Positions 23,499-34,599 of a stretch of DNA of 64,000 nt are shown here, in pieces; position 1 is the stretch's first letter, and each line of letters starts with the position of its first letter. Both the position numbers and the translations under genes were made by a program. Below the pieces are notes generated by a model, which saw nothing but the letters and a program-made list of their open reading frames with translations, did no database searches and was not told the DNA's origin. Origin of the DNA: Selaginella moellendorffii (taxonomy: Eukaryota > Plantae > Lycopodiophyta); the NCBI RefSeq assembly GCF_000143415.4, contig NW_003314261.1, positions 4,270,880 to 4,334,879 of the forward strand, in the 5' to 3' direction.

Positions 23499-23940
23499 GA
23501 TGGCATGTATTTATTTAAAAATGTAACTTATTATGGCATGGGGTTCCATGCAATTGTATTAATATTAAAAGACAATTCTTTGAGAGGATTTGCATTATAC
23601 TAGAAGTGTTACAGCATGTTATTGGAAGTCTACGAAGTTGTTTTATTAATAATGGGAAAGTAAAGATTGAATGGGGACTTGGGCTCCACCTAGACTCGGA
23701 GCAACTGAGCCAATATTAAAAGGATGGAAAGAAATTGGACGACGATGACAAGGAGAAGAGAGAGGTGAAGCAGTGGCAGGGGGAGGAGAAGTGATTGAGT
23801 AGACATTTCCTTGTTTAAAATAAAATGGCATGTGCCTCAATGCAGTTGAATTTTGTTATATTTATATACTATATAAAGGTTTGGAAACCTTATTTTACAA
23901 GTGGGATAATGACAATTCCCACTTTAACGAAATAAAGCTT

Positions 23941-24710
23941 ATCCCCAAAATCATGATACTTCTCAGGAAGACTGACAGGAGAAACATGCAAAGCAAAAAG
24001 AAAAAAAGGTTCTTCATGAAGGAGTTCTTTCATAGTGATTGTGGAGATAGGAGGAGGGGTACGACTAAATGGAATGATGAGATGAGGATACTGTCCAGTG
24101 TAAGATGGAAGAGAGGAAAAAGAAGAGGATGAAAACTGCGTAGAGTCAGGAACAGAACCCCGACTTGAGTTTAGGGAACTTTTCCTGATTCGGACTCGAT
24201 GAACACCAGGGGAAGCCGTGGGAGATGGTGATGTGGGAGAGATGAGCTGTAAGTCCTTCCAACAAATCTGAGGCTGATGTAGTTGGAACCAAGGAAGACC
24301 GAGCACCACAAAGGAAGACTTGCTGTTGATGATGTTGAAGGCGATATCGGTGACGGTGGACCCGATGTGTACTCGAACGGGCAACGTTTCCCTAAGTCCA
24401 GAAGATGGAGACACAAAATGCCCGCCGATGCCTTCAACCCTCAGATCCCGTATGGTAGGAGAAAGAGGAACGTGATGTCGGGCAGCAAAGTCTGTGTCCA
24501 TGAAGCAGGAAGTTGCACCCGAGTCCAGTAGCGCCAAAGCCTTGAGTCCTGATTGTCCGGTGAAAGAAAGGAGACATGGGACACGGAAGTTGCGGGAATT
24601 GGTGGTGGCTTTGATGAAAGGTGGTGAGGAGCTTGATAAGGAAGAAAAGTGATTTTTATTTGGGGAGTCCAAACAGACAGCTCCTACTCTGTTTGGACAG
24701 GGTCGTTTCC
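23941..24710 (-). pseudogene. pol: pol 5' part (aspartic protease) of chromovirus
   Basis: ALLDSGATSCFMD...VVLGLPW; continues into RT after removing the DNA transposon. Confidence 0.9.
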
Positions 24711-24711
24711 C
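24667..24711 (-). promoter_or_regulatory. -1 ribosomal frameshift signal (G GGA AAC + 11-bp stem)
   Basis: Gag frame TCG GGA AAC, pol in -1 frame (GGG AAA CGA); downstream stem GTCCAAACAGA/TCTGTTTGGAC. Confidence 0.85.
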
Positions 24712-25658
24712 GACTGCAACAGAAGTGGACTCTGAGGCAGAGTGAACTCGAGCAATCGGGGAGGCTTCCTGGGACACACAGCTGCTTTGTGATTAGGATC
24801 AGCACAGTAGAGGCAAAGATTATGAGATATTCGACGTTGCCTCTCAGCAGGACTCAACTTCCCTCTAATGAGTCGAGGAGTACCAGAAATATCCATCGGG
24901 ACCGGAGTAGTAGGTTCAGGACTATGCCCCGAAGACTCAAGCTGGGATTCCTGAGTCTGGGACGGAAAAACAGCGGCGCGGCGACTTTCCTGACGACGTT
25001 CAAAGAGACGATTGTCACATCGAACAGCTTTGTTGATGGCGTCCGACAGGTCCTTGGGATCCTCCATGGTGAGCAACAAATCCTTGACACCGTTGTTGAG
25101 GCCGAAACGAAATTGGTCAATCAGGGCCCACTCATCCCACTGAGTGTCCAAGGCAAGGAGTTGGAACTCTGCAGCGTAGATCGAGGTAGGACGAGACCCC
25201 TGAGAGAGACCTCTCATCTTTGTGGTAGCAGCCCGAACCTGATCCGTCTCTCCAAAACATGCTTCGAGCTTCTCTTTGAACAATTGAAGATCCGTCAGCT
25301 CCGGAACCACGACCCCTTTCATGCTCTTCTCCAGAAGAGGAGAAAACCATGACAAAGCTGCACCCTCGAGCAACGTCCCAATCGCGCCGATTTGAGACTC
25401 GGGAGTGGGGTACCACCGATGTTGAAGTGCAAAGATCAGCTCCATTTGGTTCAAAAATCCACGAATCTCCGAACGCTTGCCTGAAAATTTCGCCGGGAAA
25501 CTCACCTTCGGTTCAGGAACTTTGCTGGATCCTTGAGCCGAAAGTAAAGCAAGCTCCTGCTGCATGCGAAGAAGGGTCGCCTTCAGCTCGGTATTCTCAG
25601 ACTGGATTTTTGCAAGGACTTCGGCAAAGAAATCAGGATGGCTTGGAGACTCCATTGG
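24684..25658 (-). CDS. gag: Gag of chromovirus (PEG10/Tcn1-like capsid + CCHC knuckle)
   Basis: PAKFSG, QFRFGLNNGVKD, PVPMDIS, CLYCADPNHKAAVC; first ATG (MESPSH) taken as start. Confidence 0.9.
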   Translation of the reverse strand, partial: PMESPSHPDFFAEVLAKIQSENTELKATLLRMQQELALLSAQGSSKVPEPKVSFPAKFSGKRSEIRGFLNQMELIFALQHRWYPTPESQIGAIGTLLEGAALSWFSPLLEKSMKGVVVPELTDLQLFKEKLEACFGETDQVRAATTKMRGLSQGSRPTSIYAAEFQLLALDTQWDEWALIDQFRFGLNNGVKDLLLTMEDPKDLSDAINKAVRCDNRLFERRQESRRAAVFPSQTQESQLESSGHSPEPTTPVPMDISGTPRLIRGKLSPAERQRRISHNLCLYCADPNHKAAVCPRKPPRLLEFTLPQSPLLLQSGNDPVQTE

Positions 25659-25736
25659 CAAGAAGAAAGAAAAGAAAAGGGGGAAAAAGACAAAGGCAAT
25701 CAAATAATCAAAATGAGCTAAAAGAAAAGCAAAAAA

Positions 25737-25752
25737 CCACAATCTGAATCAA
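25737..25752 (-). promoter_or_regulatory. Self-priming-type PBS complementary to the R region of the LTR
   Basis: 16-nt perfect inverted match to 25845-25860, which lies just downstream of TATATATA (25882-25889) in element orientation. Confidence 0.85.
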
Positions 25753-25754
25753 AC

Positions 25755-26089
25755 TGTCAAGACCCCCAACAAGATCAAGACTGGAAAATGCTAAAGACAA
25801 AGAGAAAAAGCTAGTGAAAACAAAGAAGAAGCCTTAGACTGGTGTTGATTCAGATTGTGGAGAAATGGAACAAGGCTAACCTATATATACTATAGGTTGA
25901 TGAAGCTCCACCACTCTTGGATCGAGGACGGCCTAAATACAGCTGAGGTCGAGGAGGCACCACATCATCATCAGGAATGTGACTCGAGACTCAGGAATCG
26001 GGAAGTGTCTCGAGAGTCAGGAATGTGGTCTGCAGGTCAGGAATCCGGCGAGAGTCAGGAATGTGGCAAGAATTGGGGGATTCCTGACA
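25755..26089 (-). repeat. 5' LTR of chromovirus
   Basis: Matches 8612-8986. Confidence 0.95.
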
Positions 26090-27994
26090 GATTGTTGCTT
26101 GAGTTAGTTCTGATAGATTTGGATGTTATTTCCTTTGGGTGATACATTCGCGAGCATTGTGCTTGTCAATCAATAATACTTTGTGTTCTTTGAGTTATCT
26201 TTGGTAAGTTGTTTGACATACTGTTTACAACCTTCGGTATTTAAGTTTTATCATTGCGTTTCCTTGATGATAAACTAGCTATTGAATTTTGTAGAATGGT
26301 CAATCCTCTATTTACCAACTATAGTGATTTTGGTGGTTCCTATACTGTAATACTGGTTTATCGGATAATAACTTACTTGGAATACTTTTGTGTTCTAACC
26401 TAAGCTTTATTCATTGTTAATTAAATCTTTAAGATATCATTGTCTAACTTTGATATAGTCCATATATTAATCTTTGAGTTTGGGCCAGTATAGGCAGACT
26501 GGCTTCGGCACTTCGTGTGCATGTTGAAATCTCTAGTCATGGAGTAACTACTGTCGACTAGTCACATAACCCGCCTCTTTATCGATGTTCTTTATTCTGT
26601 TCAAAGGGCGTGGCCGTGTAAACAACTCTAACTGCCTGTTGATAGTAGTCTATCTAAACCTTACTGACAGGTCTGGTTTCTTTGCTCAAGAGGGTTGGGG
26701 CCTCTAGCTTCTCTCTCTATGTCCTTGTGGGCAGGGGCATATCACACTTTTGTAGCTGGGTGACACCCAGAGCAGCAAGGGTGGTTGACTCCGTTGGTCA
26801 TTTCCTTGTCGGTAACGACCGGAAGGTGTCTGAGCTGGTAGCGCCTCTGCGTTAGACAAAGAGGTTGCCCCGTAACTCATTTAAGTTGGTGCATTTCTCA
26901 CATAGTGTGAATCCCGTGAAATTTTTCTAGAGTTGTTTCCTTGGCGGTATTCTAGACTCAAGTATGCATCGACGAGGACGTTGATTTTCCCCAAGGGGGG
27001 GAGAGTGTCGCGAATATGACTTCGGGTATCAAAAGTTACCTATCGACTAGTCCTTACAGACACTCTTTCCTTACTGCCATGACGGCAGGAGGTCGGTATT
27101 GCTGGACTTGTTATCAGTCTCTACCTAAGCTAGTTGAGAAACTGGTCCTCGCGTGTGCACTTGACTAGATGAGCATAAGGAAGGAATTCCTAAGTGTCTA
27201 TTTAGTCAAGCATACTTGACCTGGTTAGAGAAACTCATTCATTGACTTGCACTTGCTAGTGTTGGGAACCCTTGCAATATTGAGATTGGTCCCTCAATAT
27301 TCGATAAATGATAGCTTACCGTGTCTGCCAAACACCCTCATTATCATGCCCTTTGTGTTAGTCTCAATTCAGTCTCAAATGCTAATTATGGAAAGTGTCT
27401 ACATTTGCTCATTTGGCATATCTACATAATGTAGAGATTGGCCTGAACATAATGATGTTCGTTGTAGTGGCCAATAACGAGCCCGTATAACAAAGTGAGG
27501 CAGAACACGTGGAGGGATGACTCGGCAAGGAGATCTGATGTGGCGGGGAGGGGTTTGTTATAGAGGATCGGGCGGCAGATCAGCGGGGGACTTCTTGGGA
27601 TGCAGCAGGGTAGCGATAAAGGACATGGCGGGAGCTAGGGCTGGGGGGAGGATGGGCTTGGGAACGGCGTGACGAGCAAGGGCAATCAAGATCTGAGCAC
27701 AATAAGGGCTTTGACCTAGTGTGGAATCCAATAAGCCTCGCCTAGGCTTACGCCCATTTTATGGTGGAGATGAGGGGCAACTCATCACATCTAGGCCAGG
27801 CATACTAGAGCCTTTTCAATTCCATTTCTGGCATGACTAAAATTTTGAACATGAGGGCTTGCGTAGTAACATGCCTGTGTGGAGGACACACATGGCCAAA
27901 AGGACTTTCTTGGCTAGGACAGCCAGTGTGACCAAGAGGTTTGGTCACAAGGCATGGCATCCAAAGGTTGGAGCCACCATACATCCAGCCAAGG

Positions 27995-28190
27995 GTTGAG
28001 AAATGAGCTGAGCCGAGGAGGCCAATGGTGGGGGGGATCTTGGAGATCTACCCTAGGTGCTAGGAATGAGCTGAGCCGAGGAGGCCAGTGGTGGGGGGAT
28101 CTTGGTGATCTACCCTAAGCGTTGAGGAATGAGCTGAGCCGAGGTAGCCAATGGTGGGGGGATCTTGGTGATCTACCCTTGGTGCTAGTG
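27995..28190. repeat. ~61-bp tandem repeat x3
   Basis: GAATGAGCTGAGCCGAGGAGGCCAATGGTGGGGGGATCTTGGTGATCTACCCT repeated three times. Confidence 0.85.
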
Positions 28191-28513
28191 ACGTGCTTGG
28201 GCCATGGCACCTTTCTCGTCTGGCATGAACTGAAAGCATGGCATCTTCGCTGTCATGAGGACGGGCATCTGGCCACGAAGGGGACTCAAATGCTCCACTC
28301 CGCTCTGGGAAAGGGAGGATGCGTCTGACCGGCTGTCTGAAGAACCACGAGTGGAGGCGACCACTGAGAGGCTGCTGGAGAATGCTGACGTTGCACTCTT
28401 GAAGGACCCCCAGGTCACACGGCGATTAGTAGTAGCGGAAATGCTACAACGAGAAAGGAGCTTTTCTACCCAGAAGTTTCAGCTATTTCAGAAATTTTGG
28501 CTAGGCTGTCGCA

Positions 28514-29035
28514 ATGCATTTCTCCGAGAGTGATTGGATAGCATGCTGCGGCAGCTCCAAATTCGCCAAAGAGATGGCCAAGGTCAGGCCTTTCAAGAAT
28601 CTCACCAAGGCGATCGAGATGTCGCGGCAGATATGGTGGAATCAGGTGGATGTTCCTGGATGGCTAGAAGCTTTTAGAGCTCATCTAAGGATTGGAGTGC
28701 TCAGCAGCAAGTCCACAATAGACTGGTGTGCCGAGGAGCAAGCTACAGCATTGAGCAGTGCAAATGATCGAGCACTCAAGGATCTAGCCGAGTGGAATCA
28801 GCTCTACGAATCAAAAAAATTTGGCTTCGTGTTCCTTGTTTGTGCAACTGGAAAGAGTAGCTCAGAAATTTTGCAGTTTCTCAAGGGACAAATCACAAAT
28901 AGACTCTTGGTTGAGCTCCAAGTTGCTGCAAACGAACAACAAAAGATCACAAAACTACAGTTGTCAAAGCTCGTCTCACAGAACACTGCTCCTAGCGGTG
29001 ACAAGAACACTTCCAAGTTGAGCCTTTTGGAGTAG
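28514..29035 (+). pseudogene. TTL: Intronless OHCU decarboxylase domain of the plant TTL (allantoin synthase) gene, lacking the HIU hydrolase half
   Basis: DWIACCGSSKFAKEM, WLEAFRAH, EQATA, LAEWNQLY..KFGFVFLVCATGKS, ELQVAANEQQKITKLQL match the plant TTL N-terminal domain. Confidence 0.88.
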
Positions 29036-29519
29036 AGACTTGATCATGAAAAAGCTCTCGGCTCTCCTTTAAGCTGCAAAGAATCTGGTACTTTTCGAAC
29101 TGGTGAAGTTTCGTCATTGGCTCACGTCAAGTATCCTATATACAAAATGGGAGAAGACTTTGAGCTCTATTTGAAGATTTTCGAGTGTGCAGCACACAAC
29201 AACAAAGTGGCAGGGAGATAGATTATGCATGGCCCTGGAAGGGGAAGCACAATGACTTTTTATGGCCCATCGGAGTGGAGTTGAAGAGGAATCTTGGGTG
29301 GAGGCAATTCAACGTGGCTGCTGCCTCTTCCAGCTTGGACAGCCTGCTGAACGTGCCTTCCTCACGATGAGGGATCGCAAATTCAAGAGAGGTGAGTCCG
29401 TGCAACAGTACTGGGCAGCATTGATTCGAGTAACTAGGATGCTAAATAGTGACGCAGCAATGGCTGAGGGCATGGCAAAGCAGACGTTCTATATCAGAAA
29501 TGAGGTAGGAGACCACTAA
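29036..29519 (+). pseudogene. Decayed retrotransposon gag fragment in frame after the OHCU domain
   Basis: PIYKMGEDFELYLKIFECAA; FKRGESVQQY...AKQTFY resemble gag capsid motifs. Confidence 0.55.
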
Positions 29520-30409
29520 GACTACAAGGGGAAACGCGTGGAAGCGTCTCCATTTTATCGGGGGGAAGAACCGCTATAGCTATAGCAGCCAATAACGAGC
29601 CCGTATAACAAAGTGAGGCAGAACATGTGGAGGGATGACTCAGCAAGGAGATCTGACGTGGCAGGGAGGGGTTTGTTATAGAGGATCGAGCGGCAGATCA
29701 GCAGGGGACTTCTTGGGATGCAGCAGGGCAGTGATAAAAAGCTCTATTTCGTTAAAGTAGGATTTATTCAGTAAAATGGGACTAGGTACAAATTTTCAAG
29801 TATTTGAAAATGATATGATACTTTCGTGAAATTATATGTTTTTTGTCCAGGGGCTAGACATATCTGGGGCATGGTGACTAGCGCGGTGACTTTGTGTCCA
29901 GATTGAGTCCATCTGGTTGTATAATAAATCTCATTGGCAAGGTGAACAAGCCGAATCTGAAGCTAAAGAAGAGCGATGGCATGCGCGCACACACTATTTG
30001 TTTGTTCATTGAGCGTGTGGTGAGCTTTCCAAGATGAACGTCATTCCTATTAGCCAGACATATAACTTAATGGTGAGAACATTTAGATATTATTCAATGT
30101 TATCTTTTTCTAACGAATTTAATTGTGAAGGTGTAGCAAGAGACATTGCTAGTCTGGAGAAGTCATTTAACTCATTTGACCCTTAGTGTATTTTCATGAA
30201 ACTAAATAACATTCATATTATTAAGGAATTTCTCTTGTACCTTTTTTTTACGACATAGAGGCTTGCATTTCTTTCAAAGGTGATTTAGTAAAAGGCCTGA
30301 GGGCACATGCCATTCTATTTCTCAGACCGGTATTAAGATATACTAGTGCAAAGGGAAAAAGGTATTTGGTGATCAAGTAAATGGCATGAGGGCACACGCC
30401 ATTATAAGC

Positions 30410-30667
30410 CTAAGCGCTAGTGGACACCTCCTTTTTGGTACTCTCAGCGGTACTATCATCCTTCTCCGGGTCAGTTGTTTTGCTTTGGATTGTTGTCTTT
30501 AACGTTACTGAGGCGTTTTTGATAGTTGTTAATATTGCCGTTTGTTCAGAAAAATGATCACCTGGAGTATAGTACGGGGAGTTTAGAAGACTTATATATT
30601 CTACATCTTCACCTATCTCCTTCTTCGTCTCCTTTTCTGCCTCACTTACAGATTTTGTGCTTGCCAT
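30410..30667 (-). CDS. Small 85-aa hypothetical ORF present only in transposon copy 2
   Basis: MASTKSVSEAEKETKKEIGEDVEY...; protein-like composition, flanked by palindromes; no recognised domain. Confidence 0.35.
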   Translation of the reverse strand: MASTKSVSEAEKETKKEIGEDVEYISLLNSPYYTPGDHFSEQTAILTTIKNASVTLKTTIQSKTTDPEKDDSTAESTKKEVSTSA

Positions 30668-31380
30668 GAGAATGCTCTTCACCCTAAAATATGGAGTTTG
30701 TTGTGTTATAAAAGGAAACCAACACACACGCTGCAAGGGAATGATGGTACATAAAGCACGTAAGCCTACAATATGGGTTTATGTGCCATTAATATGGGCC
30801 ACATGCCATATTATTAGATTTATGCACGTGTGATTGGTAAATGCATATGTCACATCATCTTTGTTTTACCTCACACACTATATCAGGCCTAATGAACCAT
30901 ATCACATGTGCGCACATGCTATATATATGGAGAAGTATTATGCAAGGATAGAAAAATTCAATGCATGATTGTGGAGAGCAATGGCATGAAGCCACATGCT
31001 AAATAACATTTTAGAGAAAGAATTAAAATAGAAACATGCAAATAGTACTGAGTGGACCAAGACTTAGAAGTGCACAATTGAATGAGGTATTTCTAATAAA
31101 TATTTCACTCACCTCATATAGGAATGGCTACCACTCTCAAATGGCATATCGCCTCATGCCATCACCACGCAATTTGTTATAACAATCCGATGAATTCATA
31201 TTCGGCTTGTTCACCTTGAACTTTAAGTAAGATTTGCTAGAACAACTAAGAATTTATACTTGTTATTTGTATCATCTCACCTAGGAATGGCGTAAGGCCA
31301 CATGCCATCACGCCTCCTCTGATTCAGATTCGGATTGTTCACCTTGAAATAAAATACATTAGAAACTTAGTAAAGGAATA

Positions 31381-34300
31381 TTAATGAATCTCACCTTGAA
31401 CCCGGGTTATGAATGCTCTTGCTGCATCTCTTGCATGGTCTGGCAAGGTGATGGTGGCACTTTGCTTCCGCATCCAACCATGCACAACATTATCCACTGA
31501 TATGCTCATGCTGGGATCCCTTGGATTCAGCACCCATCTCTTTTCTAGGCAATCTTTCGTATATCCAGAACTTGGCTTGAACCACTCCACAGTTACATTG
31601 AAGGAGTTAGTTTCCGCGTCCTCCTCTGCATCAGTGATGCAGCACCCCACCCATATCATTTGTTTTTTATTACTGGGTCTGACAAGCACGACCATTCCTT
31701 TGCAGACCTGTACTGGATTGAATGTTGAATCCGGCTTCTTGTTCCTCGGCGCACAATAGTGATCCTCAACATCGTTATCTGTCACTGTATTTCCAGAGGA
31801 CATTGTTCCGCTACTATCTGGTGCTCTGGGTTCTAGCCAAAAGGACTCTTCCAATTCTTCATATACAACCGGCCCATTTTGGATAGCAGATATAATCTTC
31901 TCCCAGTATTCGAGCAAAGGCTTGCACCTCTGAAAATAGGATTCTCCACCAAACACCAACCCCCTCTTCCAGAAGGCAATATGCTGTCTAATCCCGGCCA
32001 CTATACTTTCCTGGTCTTTGAGTCCATCCGGGTGCATCGGCCGTGGGGAACCCTGAGGAATCATAGGTTCCCCAGTTATGGGATCTCTCTTGAAGAGTTC
32101 AATGCCGTCCACTGGCAACCACACTGTGTCCCATTCTCTCATCTTGTACCTCATCACTGGAGCACCGTCACGCATGCTGAAATCAAACTGAAGAGGCTTG
32201 GAGTGGCCAATCAGCATTTCGGATCCGTCCCTGATGTAGCCTCTTACAAACCCCTTAAAGTCTGGAACCTCTGTCACAAGTGCAGCTTCAACAGTGCCTT
32301 TGATGCAATTTTGGAATTCATCGTAGAGTTGTGGGAGGGTGAGGACATTGGATCGCCGGAGGGACTCTGCCAGGTGACTGAACATGGCATCGACGTCTTC
32401 ATGAGTGTGCCCAACCATGAGAAAGCCAAGTGTAACCGTTTCAAATATGCCTTTGGCAACAAGCATCGCCAAGTACGCGAAGACGTACATGTTTTTGTTC
32501 TCACTGCCAGCATTGTCTGTTTGGAGCAGAAGATGGGGTGGAAGGCCATATCGGCCGCAAGAACTTCCTTGAGATTCTGCTTCGTTTGGATGAGGCTGTG
32601 CATTCACCGGGCGACTAGCCTCGTCGGAATGGCATGAGGCCTCACGTGATAACCCTACAATCTGACGGCCAACATATTCACTGGGATGGCATGGGGCCCC
32701 ATGCGATACTGCAAGCCTTTGCTCCTCCTCCAGCTGAACCCTGTATGGGGTTCAATTGACAAGGGCCTTATGCAAGGGTTGGCCGTTCAGCTCAGTCTGC
32801 GCACTTTGCAGAGACCTTAAGTGTTTTGTTAGGGACACAATCATCATGTTTGCACCCCCGCCACCCTATAGAGGTACAAAGAAGTTCCCATAGTTCTGGG
32901 CACCATGCCCATGAGTGATTATGCCAAACAGAGACACAGGCAGCTGCATGGATGAAGAGATTGCCTTGGGGGCAGGATTGAGTTGAGGTAAGCACGTCTT
33001 TTTCTGGTCCATTTTGTCGTGGATGATGCAGAGGTAAGAATCAGGTCTCTCCATGGAGAGAATCCTGTTATGATAATATGCAGTCCTGCAGCTTCTCTGC
33101 TCGATGTTGTGGTCGAGCCGCCTTCTAACCAACGTCTCTCGCTCTTGAGCGATGCAAGAATTCTTTGACAAAGCCATTTTGATAGTAGTGCATTCGTCAC
33201 ACTTTGAAAAGCTGGAGTACTTTCCTATACTCACATCCCTGAACTTGTTGCTCCACAATCTACTAAATCTAGATTGGCTCAGCTTCATGTAGCCATTACT
33301 CTGGAGTTCCCAATTCACATCTTCCAATATGGCCCCCTTGGTATACATGGAAGGGAGAACTCGTTGGGTGTCTCGTGTTCCATCTTCCAAGAGGCGGGTT
33401 TTATGTGGTTGCTGCTCGCTACATGTCTCAATAAACCTCTTGAAGATTGCTTCTCCATATACAACATGACCTCTGGTTTTGTGCGTACCGTCGTTCCCAT
33501 GGACTGCCTGTTGAACCCTTTGTTCCTCGAACTCAGTTTTGATTCTGTAGAATGTGGTTTGAGGGACTCCATAAATGATTCTCTATGCCTTCATGTAGAC
33601 CAAACCCCTCTGGAAGACCATGCCCCCCACCTAATGTTCTGAAGCATCAACAGATGACCGTAATGCCTCATACACAAAATTGCGAGCTGCCTTCCAGGAC
33701 AATGTCTTGTATCTTGCTCTCTCCTCTTCAATAGCATCCCAATCAGCATGTTGACAGCACCTCCTCTTGCAACAAGCAACTGTCGAGACCATTCGAACCT
33801 CCATCGCCATTTTCTGCCTTTTCGGTTCGTTGCTCAGATCCCTTTGGCTGCGCTTTAGGAAGGTGTACTTTCTTTTCCCATGAAGAGATGTTCTGTCATC
33901 AGTTGTAGTGGTGTTTGATTGTGAATCCTTCACATTCTCAAACACTAAATGCCTCAATTTCCACCGCACAATGCTTCCAATAGTTAGACTGTTTTCTTCT
34001 GTGCCAACAACCTCTAAAATCACAACTCCAATATCATCCCAGCCCAATTCTTGATTAGCAACCGCATCTCTTGGACCGACAACTGTGGCTAAGCCCTCAA
34101 CTACCACCTCCCCCTCGGGGTTGTTTAGAAACACCTTTGCCTGAATCCATGTAGCACGGTTCTTAAGATCCACGGAGGGAACATGCGTCACACTTGTGTT
34201 GTCGCTAACATCTGCTTTCTTCTGAAGATTTTTCAAGGCAACAACAACATACCCCGACGACCATCTCTCCTCGTTCAATAGCGACCACATTCCCATTGAA

Positions 34301-34447
34301 GACAGTCTCTATTGATACAGCAGCATTGCCTTCCCCAAGCCTTTGACAGTGTATAACAAAGTTCCGATCCATAGACACAAGGGTCTCTTTTGCAACTCTC
34401 TTCTCACCATTCAAAATGTAAACCATTTCCCCAACCCTGAAGGCCAT
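31381..34447 (-). pseudogene. Disrupted transposase of copy 2
   Basis: Colinear with 12229-15297 but with a frameshift near 34250 and several stops. Confidence 0.92.
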
Positions 34448-34599
34448 TCTGAAAGTGCAGAAAAGAAGTTAAGACCATACAAAAAATGATTGGAGAATGG
34501 CCTAAATCATAACATACCAAACAACTTCAATAGCATGAGGCCACATGCCATTATTCAAACATGCTATTGACACCCACGTGAAATTTCGCATTCACAAAA

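Larger units (their letters stand above)
11540..23940. mobile_element. Sola1-like TIR DNA transposon, copy 1 (12.4 kb) with cargo gene
   Basis: ~24-bp TIRs AAGCTCTATTTCGTTAAAGTGGGA / TCCCACTTTAACGAAATAAAGCTT; 4-bp TSD ATCC (11536-11539, 23941-23944). Removal restores host pol DFGDVFD. The boundaries are directly visible; the superfamily call rests on the 4-bp TSD and DDD motifs. Confidence 0.9.
8612..26089 (-). mobile_element. Ty3/gypsy chromovirus (Tcn1/Tf1-sushi-like), full length, interrupted by a DNA transposon
   Basis: Two near-identical TG..CA LTRs, 5-bp TSD GATTG (8607-8611, 26090-26094), PPT at 8987-9000, gag-PR-RT-RH-IN-chromodomain order. Confidence 0.96.

Noticed and set aside
12082-23554. 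Repeated palindrome as a CRISPR array
   Set aside because: Spacing is irregular (tens to thousands of bp), copies sit in introns and exons, there are no cas genes and the context is eukaryotic.
11540-23940. CACTA, hAT or Mutator assignment for the DNA transposon
   Set aside because: Termini are AAGCT, not CACTA/G; both TSDs are 4 bp (not 3, 8 or 9); the catalytic motifs fit Sola1-type DDD.
23890-23940. C-terminal tail KLYFVKVGIVIIPLVK of the 295-aa protease ORF
   Set aside because: Read-through from pol into the transposon TIR, not a real protein end.
27754-29558. Pack-MULE capture of the TTL fragment suggested by the 9-bp direct repeat
   Set aside because: No terminal inverted repeats inside the 9-bp repeats, and the cargo is intronless and joined to gag.
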